A DNA stretch of 59,890 bases, the filler included, from Circinaria calcarea (Eukaryota): assembly GCA_051942165.1 (NCBI GenBank). It is 6 parts of 6 records of this genome, joined end to end, with 100 filler letters (N's around TTAATTAATTAA, not from the genome) between each part and the next. Parts side by side here need not be neighbours in the genome. Positions count along the whole stretch, not along the records: positions 30,030 to 39,919 come from JAVECS010000874.1; positions 40,020 to 49,907 come from JAVECS010000875.1; 4 more parts are not named here. The stretch is one strand, 5' to 3'. Of the stretch, positions 35,990 to 47,964 are shown in pieces (position 1 is the stretch's first letter; every line of letters starts with the position of its first letter). The translations under genes were made by a program, and so were the position numbers. The notes beneath the pieces were generated by a model. The model saw only the letters and a program-made list of their open reading frames with translations, did not search any database and was not told the origin of the DNA.

Positions 35990-37343
35990 ATGACATCCCT
36001 ACCAGGGCCAGCTATCAAGTTAATAGCTTGCCATGCTGTCTTGACAGCGTTAGCCGCGCTTGCAATTACCCTTCGCGTGGCTGCAACATTCGTGAAAAAG
36101 CGAGCTTTTCGGTCTCATGACTACCTTAGCTTTCTCTCTTTGGTACGCTCTTCGCTCCAAGGTGCTTGGCATTTGATAGTAACGGGCCTAGATATGTTTA
36201 ATCGGATATGTGGCCGATATAGACTATGGTTTGTTCGCAAGATTGACCGAGGTCTCATAGCTCACAGGTCCAAAGGTGCTGTGCACGGTGGCATTGGCTT
36301 GCACGTAACACAGCTTCGATCAATCGAGCAATCGACAATCGGATTGAAAGTAGGTTAATTGAGAGAATATTTTGTCTTTGCTATAGCTGACAGTTCGTGA
36401 AGGTCTTTTATGCGTCCCAGTATTTCTTTACGATGGTCACCGCCTGCAATCGACTATCTATTTTATCACTCTATATCGAAATATTCCGTAGGAAGTCGTT
36501 TCTCATCGCCGCTAACATTACCACTATATTGGTCGTTGGGTGGTGGCTTGGCTCGATGCTCACCTCCATTCTTATATGCCGACCCATCAGCTTAAATTGG
36601 GACAAGTCCATTAATGGAACCTGTGGAGATGTATTCAAGGTCGAGCTTGCTTCTGCCTCATGGAATCTTATTTTCGACCTCACCCTGGTCGTACTTCCAA
36701 TGCCAGTACTATGGACCCTTCAAATGGCACGAAGAATAAAACTGGGAATCTCCGCTACTTTTGGGTTGGGGATCGCGTATGTTACATTTCCCGAAACCAA
36801 AGATTCTCCTTCCGGTCCGCCCCTTCAATGAGTTCGTTGCTGATGTTGTGGCTTTTTAGGATTGCCGGGGTCAACATTGGCCGCATCGTCCAAACAGCCG
36901 TCTCCAATCAGCAAGATTTCACTTACGTTGCCGTAGACGCTTCTATATTGGCAGCAGCGGAGGCTTCTATAGGTCTGATTGTTGTTTGCGCACCCACGTT
37001 GGGTCCAATCATTGCTCCGAGTCGATACGGCGATAGTGCAGACTCCGATAGGCGGCGACTCAAGCGTAAGCCATATACAGGATTTTCAAAGCAGACAACC
37101 ATCGGCAGCAATGGAAGAATCGGCGTTTTTAGACATGATAAATCCAGACACCTCTCCGCTCAGAGGCCTGCAGGGAAAGATGATTTCGAAATGCTTGCGA
37201 ATGGCTCACAGGATGGAGACTTGGCAAATACGAAAGACGATCACATTCGATCTAATGGAAGTCCAGAGGCCTTTGGGAATAATAGGATGGAAGCGAAGAG
37301 GGACAATCACGTAGACCTACATTCAACGCCAAGAGAAGTGTGA
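35990..37343 (+). CDS. PTH11-like (rhodopsin-domain) integral membrane protein without CFEM
   Basis: Spliced 7-TM reading: HDYLSFLSL, GAVHGGIGLH, RLSILSLYIEIF, ICRPISLNWDKSINGTC, DLTLVVLPMPVLWTLQM, EASIGLIVVCAPTL. Confidence 0.85.
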
Positions 37344-37407
37344 GGAGTCTGAACAAATGGACGAAGGACTATTTCCTTTAGCATGAGTAAGTATAGTATA
37401 TAGTAAC

Positions 37408-37532
37408 TACGGCGAATATCTCCCACGCACCCCTAAGATGCCTTTTATTGCTCCCACGCACCCTATCATATCTACTACGCACCCCCCTAAAATGGTACGC
37501 CCACGCACCCCCTCCCTTTATCACCGACGCAC
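37408..37532. repeat. Array of CCCACGCACCC-type motifs, possibly a DNA-transposon terminus
   Basis: Five copies of (c)(c/t/g)acgcacc in ~110 bp, starting just after a TA. No partner end was found in the contig. Confidence 0.45.
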
Positions 37533-38103
37533 CTCTTCATTTATTCCGTAAATTTTTACATAGAAAAATTATTATAAGCGGTATATGTGATGCCGTAGGG
37601 CCCTTTACATCAAAAGAGCCTAAGGCGAGATATGTGGTAATGTGAGGCACGAGCAATACGAATCCCGTCGCCTTCGCAGCTGCAAGTATGTGGCAGATAT
37701 TTCAAAAACAAAACGATCTGCAGGTCTGCCTTGGGTAGTGAGCTTGCGGCATCTTAGTCAATCGGATTCTCTGAAAGCTGGCCATCAGCTCATACGAGCT
37801 GAGTGGAATACGCAGCCGAGTCATCGACGCTGCTGTACAGTGCCACAGCTGTGGTCATCAGGACTGCAGAATCCTTCAAAACTATGAGTGCTTCTAATAG
37901 TAACTGCTCTAAAAGGAAGATCTTACCTCATGAGGCTACTACGTGGCGACACTGGAAGGAGAATATGGCTCCGTTGGTGCCAAAGCTCTGTAATATAAAG
38001 TAAGCACATGTCTTGATGTTTCAAACCGCAACTCCCGCAAACCAAGCAATTCCCCCAAAAAGTCTCTCATAAATCTTGCCGCACTGTTCATCAATATCTC
38101 AAA

Positions 38104-38395
38104 ATGCTTCTCTCTACAATACTCATCTTGGCCTTTGGCCTTATGGCGTGTGGCGCTGCACCATCAGTCCTACTAGGTACGGCGATGCGGCTACAGCTAG
38201 ATGGGTTATACTAATTAGAGTCTAGGAGCCGTTCAAGCTCGTGCTGAGGCATCAGGTCTGTCAGCGTCAAGATACGAAGTCGATTTTTGATCTAATAATT
38301 CATTCAAAGTAGATAACGACGAATATATTGTCTATCCGGATGTTGACCGGGACGAGGACGTCGTCTACGCGTATCATGCCATTAATGACAAGTAG
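38104..38395 (+). CDS. Three-exon secreted micro-protein (~63 aa) with two acidic Tyr-containing repeats; candidate RiPP precursor
   Basis: Exons 38104-38176, 38226-38255 and 38310-38395. Both introns are GT...ctaat...AG, phase 1. Product: MLLSTILILAFGLMACGAAPSVLLGAVQARAEASVDNDEYIVYPDVDRDEDVVYAYHAINDK*. Confidence 0.72.
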
Positions 38396-39919
38396 GAAGT
38401 GGTAGATTGAAAGACGGCAATAAGTCAACGGCTTGGAGATAAAAAAGGCGTATTTGGCAGATCCACGTCATGTCGAGAATCCTGCGGTCCTAATATATTG
38501 TAGAACCGCAAGCTCGTTACTTAGATTAGATAGTCAATCAACAATCTTTGATACTAGATTCAATGCGGGTACTCAAATACCTGTGATCTTGCACCCAAAC
38601 ACCGTGTGATCACCGTAGTTAGACTTGATGGCTGAAAGCCACCGGGCCGAACTCCCTGTTTAAGGCCATATCAGGCTAAAAAATTCGTTAAAACATAACA
38701 AAACTACCTTATCCACCCAAATTGTATATCCGCTTTTCCCATTTGATAAACCGAGAATACGGGTGGGTTTCCATGTATATCCTTGTAGCTGATAGAGTCT
38801 TTTCACAGCTGCTAAGCTTCAGACGTGGCACGGCAAGAATGCGTGGACCAGCCAGCCAAAAAGCACCCGAGACCCTCATTCCTAGTTTGTAGCTAATAAC
38901 GGCACAGTGAAGCAACAAATTGAATTGATTAGACGGACGAAACCCGTGCGATCATCTAGCCACATAGCAGAGCACCGTCGAATCGATAAAGTCTCTTATA
39001 TATAAGTAACCCAAGCTTGCATGTATACCCGATGGTGTACTTCCGAACTTCGCCGTAAGGATCTACACTGAAAAGGTGGGTTGCTTAATGTAGTAGAGTA
39101 AGCTAATTGTTATCCCTGCCACGTACGTGATGAGTGCATTAACTTCCGTCTACCACTATAAAGCTAGTTAGTATGGCACGGATTGACCGACCAAGGAAGA
39201 TACGCACGCATAATGCTATGGATGCCGCATTGTTCTAATCACCTAAGCTGCCTTATGCAGACGGTTTGATGCTCCCGCAGTGTAACAAGCAATAATTTAA
39301 TTGGTACGGGATACTGCCAGCGCATGCGGCACAGAAATAGTGTGCCTTTCGATTGGTTGTTCTTGTATTCTATGAAGGTAGTATGCTTTTGATCCTCTGA
39401 GCTCTTGACATCATGCAAGACGCCCTCCACAATCGGATGACCCGTTTCAAACAAACTATAATCATTTGGGTGTCTGCGCCGGGAAATTCAAGTCGTTCCC
39501 TGCGGAGTTTCTTCCCCAAGAATATGTGGCAGTACCCTGCGCCTAGGAATGCACAAGACTTGCCTCAATAACCCAATTTCTGTATGTACGCTCTGCCGTG
39601 CTTTTAAATTAGTGTCGAGTTGTGCTTGGCAATGATCAGAGCTCTTGAATCGTGATTGCGTAGTAATTCACGTATTATCCTTTCGAAACACAAGGCTATC
39701 GTGCCTGCTCTACGTGGAATTCTTATTTTTATTTGCCCGCAATCTCTCTAGATCATCATAATAAGAGCCAAAAGCCATAAAAATACTATAATAGAAACAG
39801 ATAGACCATCGCAAAACTGTATCAAAAATATTACACGCCTTACTCCGCTTAATAATAAAATATAAAAATTCTTATAATAATATATTTATTGATATTATTA
39901 TTTATTAATAATATATCAC

Positions 39920-40019
39920 NNNNNNNNNNNNNNNNNNNNNNNNNNNNNNNNNNNNNNNNNNNNTTAATTAATTAANNNNNNNNNNNNNNNNNNNNNNNNN
40001 NNNNNNNNNNNNNNNNNNN
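39920..40019. other. Artificial contig linker
   Basis: N44-TTAATTAATTAA-N44. Confidence 0.98.
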
Positions 40020-40639
40020 GTGGTGGGACGGGCTTCGAGCAGGAGGCTGGATTGGCGGATCCATTCTTGGGGGTCGGTGAAGAGGCGCATGGTAGGAAGG
40101 TTGGGAATTTTTTGTACTTTGTCCGGGGCGTTTTTTTGCTTTGCTAGGAAGAGGGCGGGTGGGAGTGAAGAGAGAGAGAGCTGTTGCGGATACCTCAATT
40201 ATGGTTACCGGTACGAGTGATTGGTTATATAAAAACGGCTCTTCTGGTGGGGGAAATCCTATCATAGGGATAAAGTTTACATGGGTCCGCTAGGGATAAT
40301 AGCTCGTAGTGTGGTTTTCGATATACGCCTCTGGATTCAACCAAAATAATATAAAAAGTCGAGGGGGCAAAAAAGGGAATCTAATTCGACATATTTCAAC
40401 CGTACCTCTTGAAGTTCCTATTTGGTTTTCCTCCTGTTATAGCTATCGTAAGAAGAACAGGCCGCGAACAAGGTTTCAGGGTCAGTATTATTCATGATAC
40501 GGCCCCCCTGTGTATGCTACAGAAATTCTAAGAACGCATTCTTCAGAAAAGCCCACGCGCTAGAACAAAGCAATACCTCTTTCCCAAGCGGTAGGTTGAA
40601 AAGCTCAATAGGTATGTTACCTGGTCATCACTCCCTCTA

Positions 40640-42000
40640 CAGTCCTACTTGTCCAATTACCAACAACCCCCCAAACACCGATGCCGAGGCTTGTGATGCT
40701 CACGGCAAATCAAAACCAAAAAATCGCTCGGGAGCCCTGTAGCAGAACTTCCGGACTCTGCTTATCGTCAAACTGAGATCGCGCCGTGATACCTTTGGCA
40801 ATCAGGGCCGCAAGCGCCACCCCGACACTTTTGGCGATCTGAGCAATCGTGTTGAAGACACAGCCGGCTATGCTATGGGCACTGGCTGGACAACGGAGGT
40901 GATGAGGAGATTGGTGATTGTGAAAAGGCCGTCAACTCCAATGGGAATGATAACGATGGCAGGAAAGGCGCAGGCCCAGTATGACCACCTATAGTTAACG
41001 ATGGCCATCAAAAGCGTGCAATGCATGTGATGGCATTTGTCGTGAATACGATCCATTCGGCTTGAACGTGATGGACGATTAGTCTTATGGTGATGCTGGC
41101 AAACGTACCGGCGATAAGCTTGGGAGAAAGCGCAAAAGCTGATTGGAGGATGCCGAGTTCTTGGCCGGTTTGGAAGAAGAAGTTGGCAAATTGTTCAAAG
41201 CCGAAGGCGCCCCAATCCAGAAAATATTGATGCAGATGTCCGTAGGACCTTTTTTTCGGCAGAGCGTGTTTGGGATCGGCGCTGGACGTTGAAGCCGTTT
41301 CTAGCGGCTGATAAAAATGCAACAGCCGGCAAAATGCCCAAAGGCCAGTATTAGTATAGCGATGTTGGCGGGTGATCGGGTGTTCGAGATATTACTGGTA
41401 TGAACCTATTCTTACGTTAGTAAAGGACAGTCACCGGATGGTATAACATGGAGTACGCAAAACAGAAGACAGCATTGCAAGGGAAGAGCTGGCAATAATA
41501 GCTCCGATCCAGTCAATCTCCAATACATCCCCCTGCCACACCACTGGCGGAGCGTTCCCTTCAGATTTGGCAGCTGCCACACTGCTAAGAAAAGCATGAC
41601 GAGGTTGATAAGCGCTGTGACGTGAAAGCTCCATTACCACCGATGGTATCGGCAAAGACGCCACCTAGCAGTAAGCCTATGCTATTACCCACCGGCTGGT
41701 CCCCACCCATGAATCCAAAGGCCACGTTTCTGCGCTGGCCGGCAGGAAACGCATTGTATATAGCAAACGGCTGAAGGGAAATAGAAGGATGCAGGAACGC
41801 TAGGAAAGCCACGGAATACAATAAGTTGGGTGCCGGTTTTGGAGAGACCGCAGGCCAAAGGGAAAACGGAACTGCAAAAAGCATCCCACAGGGTACATCG
41901 AATGACTGCCCACGATATCAGCAACTAAGCCGGAGAGTAAAAGTGTGCATCCAGAAGTCAGAGCAGGAATCGATATAGGCCTATGAGACGTATTAATTAG
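40640..42000 (-). pseudogene. MFS (DHA2/aminotriazole-resistance-like) transporter pseudogene
   Basis: Fragments in shifting frames: LTSGCTLLLSGLVADIVGS, AFPAGQRRNVAFGFMGG.QPVG..IGLLLGGVFADTIG, IDWIGAIIASSSLAML, WSYWACAFPAI...IGVDGLFTITNLLITSV. Confidence 0.8.
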
Positions 42001-42366
42001 CACCCATTAAGTTATACAACGTGATATATTCTCCGGAAAGGAGCCAAACGATAGGTAAGTTGTTCAAGAGAGTCGGCGTTCCACGTCGTATTCACGCAAC
42101 CATAGTATTAGATTCACAATCAGGCTCAATTCAGAGCAATCGAAGGAATTGTCACTCCGACCAAAGTCCGGATATATGGGGTTGTAATAGTAGGGGCCAT
42201 GCTCAATAGCTGTTCCCATATCAATGTTTTAGCATATAATCACAATCTGGCATAGCGGTGGCTGGGGATCAGATTTTTCCCCAGAGCTGAAAGAGGTTTA
42301 GCATTAGGTAAGTAGTTGCAATGGGCTAAATACAAGGCAGCTTAATGTAATTTATTTAAAATTATC

Positions 42367-44641
42367 TCAAAATCCGTTAACGCTGATTTCTTTACCAAGG
42401 CATTTCATTGCCGGTTCGTGAAGCCGCCCGCTACGGAGGGAATCATAAATAATAGAAACCCAGGACCCGATTGTCTTCTTCGCTCTACCGTGGATGAGAA
42501 CTGTGGGATCGTCCTTTGGACTCGGCTGCTCCACCAATCCTGTGTGGAATGGGACGCCCAGCTCTTCGCGAACAAATTGGTAGAGTATTTTGGATGCCTG
42601 GCCAAGAGACTCTGCTGTATTTTGACGTTCGAAGAAACTGGAGCGAGTAGAAGTATACGTATCGTTGAGAACCACTAGCATTCGCGTTTTCCAAATATCA
42701 AGCCCGGCGATAGGCTGCATAAAGCTTGTAGCCGCGGCCTGAGATTTTATAAGGCTTTCCACCACTACGACAGTAGATCTTTCTACGACCTGCTGAAACC
42801 GCTTATGGGCGTCCAAGGTGGTGGTAGATGACCAAGCCTCCGGAATGCGCTTCCACAACTCTACCTGAAGTTCATCGATGCTTTGCTGAGGCAACATTTG
42901 ACCAAACACTTCAAAGGTGAGGGAATGGACAACAGGTCGAAGCGCCTGTAAGAAAGCGAGGTGCATGACTCGAAGGTCCAGGGCCTGACAGCCTACGTAG
43001 AGATATGAGGCGGCCATTAAGGAGGTGATCTCCACGGCATGCATCGTATAGCGCGCTGATATCAGGGCAAGCGAGTTGACGGATTGATTGTGCATTTCCG
43101 CCGATTGCACATGCGAGCTGACTGGATTAGCCAGGAAAGCAAGCTCCGACATATATGATGCCATGTTGACGTCTACCCCCTTCATTGTAAATGATAGACT
43201 GGGGTCGTCGGCTGCCAAATTTGCCGGAAGTCCATTGTTCAGAACTGGGTTGATCAGTTCTGTACACTGACTGAACATCATTTTCCCCAGCATCTGCAAG
43301 GATAGCCGAGCCTTTTCCATTGCAGAAGTGATAGAAGCCGCTTGAAAGTTGCCACCGCTATACACTTCCCCTCTTGCCACGTCCACAAGAGGGTTATCCG
43401 TAGTTGAGTTCAGCTCAGTCGTAATTTGACGATCTGCTAGGACCAGATCTTCGAGCTGAGGTCCAATCCACTGGGAAGCAGTCCGCAACGCATATCTGTC
43501 TTGCACCAGACCAGACTTTGTCCTCTCCTTTTCAGGTGTGATGCCTTTAGCCAGCTGTGAGCCCTCGAGGAATTGGCGAATATTGTGAGCTACCTCGATT
43601 TGCCCGCTGTGGGGGCGGATTTGGGCAATAAAAGGATGAAAGCTCTCCGAGTTCCCTAGAAGTGCTTCCACCGCGATAGAAGAAAGGATCTGTGAAAGTA
43701 CTGCAAGGTGATGTGTCTCGTAGAGTGCGAGACTCGCAAGAGCTGTCGAAGCAGAGGTCCCGTTTATCAAACCCAGGGCTTCTTTTGGTCCAAGCGTGAC
43801 AGGCTGCAAATTTACCAGTTTGAGTGCTTCCTTGGCTGAGACAATCTTTTGTGTCCCTTGCTTTCCCGTTCGAACCCATATATCTGGGTTGCCTTCAATG
43901 GCTCCTGCGACGTACGAGAGAGGCATGAGATCGCCTGAAGCTGAGATCGTTCCCCGGAGTGGGACAACCGGGATAAGGTTGTTACGTATCAATGTAATAA
44001 TGGCCTCGATAGCCCCGAGAGACACTGCAGAATGACCGCGTACTATCGAATTGCATCTCACCAGCATGGTACCCTTTACCCATGTCGTGGGCAATGAGTG
44101 AAAGCTCAAATCTTCATTGCCCGCAGTATGGTCGGTCTTATCCACGTTGACAAGGATTCCGCTTTGTGTGTGCTGGAGCAACGATCTCTGAAGGGCAAAC
44201 ACATGTTTCGTACGAGAATCGGCACTTCCTCCGACACCAGTATTAACTCCTAGAATCTTTTAGCTCAGTGTAAGGATTCGCCATGCACGCCCCAGGTACC
44301 ATAAACTGTGTAATCTTTTGCAAGATATTTATCGAGCGACGAAACACTTTCTTCAATGGAATCTAGAAGTTTTCGGCTTTTCTCGAGGCTAGGCAAACAT
44401 CCATATCTTGAAAAAGAAAGTTAGAACGTGCTGGTGACAAGGAAATATACCTGCCGGCGTTGAGTTACCTGGCAACAGCAACAAGACTTGCTATATCAAG
44501 ACTTTGTCCATCGATTTGAATGTCTTCCCCACCGATTAAGCGTTGAAGCCGTTCCCAGGTCCTATAAATGGTGGACGAATGTGCGCGAGCGACATCTGCA
44601 TCCGGCGTGGACGACGACACTGTGGGTATGCCAGATGCCAT
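42367..44641 (-). CDS. PAL: Phenylalanine ammonia-lyase (MIO-dependent aromatic amino acid lyase)
   Basis: MIO motif TISASGDLMPLSYVAG; VYG|VNTGVGGSADSRT; LGPKEALGLING; QDRYALRTASQWIGP; ELNSTTDNPL; SAEMHNQSVNSLAL. Two 5' introns. Confidence 0.93.
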
Positions 44642-46099
44642 TTGAGAACGTAGGACACACGAGAATAACGATGAGAATTGGCAAACACCTTTCACCCTTT
44701 GCAATAGATGGGACCGGCTTATAGTAAGCACCTCAGGTTTACCTACCCCTGAAGCTGTTGCTCAGGCGGAACGAACCGCGCGTCCATTGGATACCGAGTT
44801 ACTCCGTAGAATACGAACCATTTGGTACAGATGAAAATCAATTTCACAATCATCTTTCACCATTTTAGCACCGTTTCAATGCGGTGTTGCCTATTTCAGA
44901 AACCGAGTCAACCATCCTTTTTCCGAGTTGACAAACTAAATCTTGAGATTCGCGACTGCTACATCTAAGAACAATAGCACTTTTGATCTCGAGTGTAAAA
45001 TATGAAATTTATTAATTGTTCGCCGACTTTCTCCATGTCGAATCCAGTCCTACTGGCGCACAGCGACCTCATACAGTCAGCCACCCCAGAAGTGGGGCAT
45101 GGCTGGTTGTGGGATTTTCTTTCCACACCAATGAATGATGTAGGGAATGCAGGTGAGAATGCGATGGCGCTCTGAAGATTTATTGCGCGTATAGAAGAAC
45201 ACCATACTCTAGGAGAGAAAGGGTCAAAAAGGGAGGTGGAATAGATTCGAAATCCCTTTGAGGAAAGAGAATAGGTGATTATCTTGCTATCCCTCCAAAT
45301 TAAAATGGGCGGATAGGTATACCTTTCCTGTCAATGCCCCATCCGGGAGTCTATCTAGGCTGGGAGGGTAAGTTTTGCCGGGAAGATAGGAATCATGTGC
45401 CTCGACCTGACCCCTCATCCGCAACGGATAAGCGTAGTCTTCCTACTACACGAGGCAGATAAGGCAGGGGTGACGCAAAAGCAACCACTGGTGTTGCAAA
45501 GCCGAACATTCTCTTTCTTCTTAGTCGCGGTAAGGCGGACGATATCTGTTCGATGGTGTCTCCGGATCGTAGCTGCTGGTGCATCTTTCAGCCGCTCCAA
45601 CAAGAGTGGTCCAGTAGTCGTCTGCACGGGTCACCTGCGAGGTCGTGACATTGTACTTGGTACCGTGTACACCGTGGGCTTGGCATAGGATAAGCCCCGT
45701 TGGATTGATGGTCTGGTGGTGGTTTTCCGGCTCGTGTGACCAGCAGGTAACAACTGCTCGGGCTGGATTCCGACGGACGCGAACACGACTGCTCTATAAT
45801 AGGTATCCTCTTCCTTCCATTTGACGACTGCCGTACGCCCATTTCGATAGCGCAGTGGTCTTTGGACTCGGTCGCCATGCCAGCAGGCTACGCCTCGGTG
45901 CAGAAAGCCGCATGGAAAATACGCGCAACAGACCGAAGGCAGCGTCAGACTCGTTCATATCCCGAGTACCACTCGTGAATGGATTCCCTTCGACATCTTC
46001 TATAAGAGCTCAATGATTCCAAACTCGAGAATCCGGTTTTCCTAATCTACTGCTATATTTGCGGAAACCCCGAGCAGTCTCATGTCCACGCTTCCCATC

Positions 46100-47160
46100 A
46101 TGAAGTCGTTCATCCTCCTCCTTTCCCTTGCTACAGGATCCCTTGGCGGTGTGCTCGAAAGGGCTGTCTGCAATGCCGACAACTGTGCCAGAGCAGTCAC
46201 TGGCACGCGTTTTGGCCCCGATGGTCGGGCTTCCCGTACAGCAGATTGCTCCAGCTTCATGGTGCGAACCATAACTCCAGCGACGTCGTATGTTCCTCAG
46301 TTTCGGCGTAAAGTTTTGGCGGATTTTTAGCTGACTCGATTTCTAAGGTATACCACTGTGACGGTCACGAGATTGACTTCGTATTCGGTCATTGGGTCCA
46401 ATTCGAAGAGGACTGCTGTCCCTCGTGTAGAAAAGAATGTCATCGTTGCACGAGACGCTAGGAACCTAAATGACTTCCTCCTCTCGCCTCCGAAAACTAT
46501 CGTTGCGCGAGACCCTAGAAACCTAAATGACTTGCTCCTTGCGCCTTCCAAAACTATAGCTGCTCGACAAGTCACGCAAGATCCGAGCTCTGTACCGACA
46601 TACGCTTCGGCTTGCTCCGGGACAGCAAGGTATTCCAGCGCCTGCTCGTGCGGCGGCATAACCCAAACGACAACATATCTGCCATCACCGGTACGACTTC
46701 CCCATGAATGTCATGAAGGTTGTTGCTAACAGATGTCCTGCAGACTGGCACCACGACTGCTTACACCGCCTTATCCGTGATTCCAGGTAAGTCTTCAATT
46801 AGCTCAACATTCCTTTAACCTCCCGCCCCTTCGAGCCTTCGTTTAATCATCAACTTATATTGATCAGTCTGCGATCCAAATCAAAACTATGGGTTCCAAT
46901 ACCTCGACGGCAATATTGAGGATGGCGTCGAGTTTACCATTTCAGATCTAGGCCCCATGAGCGAACAGGCTTGCTGTGCAGCTTGCTTCCCGGAAGGCCA
47001 AGGATGCTTTGTTTACCGGTACTTTGATGGCGATTGTAGCCTGGTCATCGAGTCGAGTGGTGCAAATACCCCGACGGATTACTGTCCCTATGGAGTTTTT
47101 GGAATTTCCAACCAACTATCAGGAGATTACTATGGGTTCGGACCCTGCGCACGTATGTAA
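46100..47160 (+). CDS. Secreted Cys-rich protein (CNADNC...SSACSC family) with internal 19-aa repeats
   Basis: Signal peptide MKSFILLLSLATGSLG; CNADNCARAV; PTYASACSGTARYSSACSC; C-terminal CCAAC...C domain. About 4 exons. Confidence 0.75.
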
Positions 47161-47964
47161 TGGAGAATAGAGCCATGGGAGCCCTGCGTAAGGTAATTGG
47201 ACGAAAAGACCTTCGAGGTTGAATCTAAAACCTCTCCGCAACGCACCACCAAAAGTACATAGGTTTTACATCCAACCAGACAGTTGAAGAATACTTCAAG
47301 AGCTTTCTTGTTCATAGCTTGCTTTGCTACCTGAATAGATGCATAATCCTCAAGACCAGAAAGTCTCCTTGGAGGGTGTCCATCTCCACAACTTCCCTTG
47401 TACACATGAGATTGAAAATCTAGCTGGTCGTATCGCCCTTCTCCGCCTCTCCATACGTCCATATTTCCGCCGCCTTATTTTTTACTCCTTGCCTTTCGTT
47501 TCCCCTACTCTGGGGACTATGTTTGCAACATGCTAGAACCACGGAGACAACTTCCCTGGTAGATCCATCATATCCGCAAGGAATTTCAGCGTACTGGTGT
47601 GCAGAAATAGCTGTTATCGCCAAGCTGTGGGTGGAGAGAATCTAGATCAATAGTTTAATCCAATCGAATATCGTAACTTCGCCATCTTTGCCCACGGGAG
47701 AACTGCGACTATGTACCCGTATTAAGGGGAATCTTCCGGACTAGGGTTACGAGGGATTAAAACGACTTACTGTTTGGGCCTCCCAATGCGTAAACGCGCT
47801 TGGGGTGGTGGTATGAAGCATATGGTAGTAGTCGTACTTTGTAATTTGGATCATTTTAGCTTCAACTCCGAGGAGCATGTACCCGACTCCATTGACGTTT
47901 CTACTGTGACAATTCATTCTTCGCTTCAGGATATTATGTGCTTACACTGAGGATTTATCCTGCT

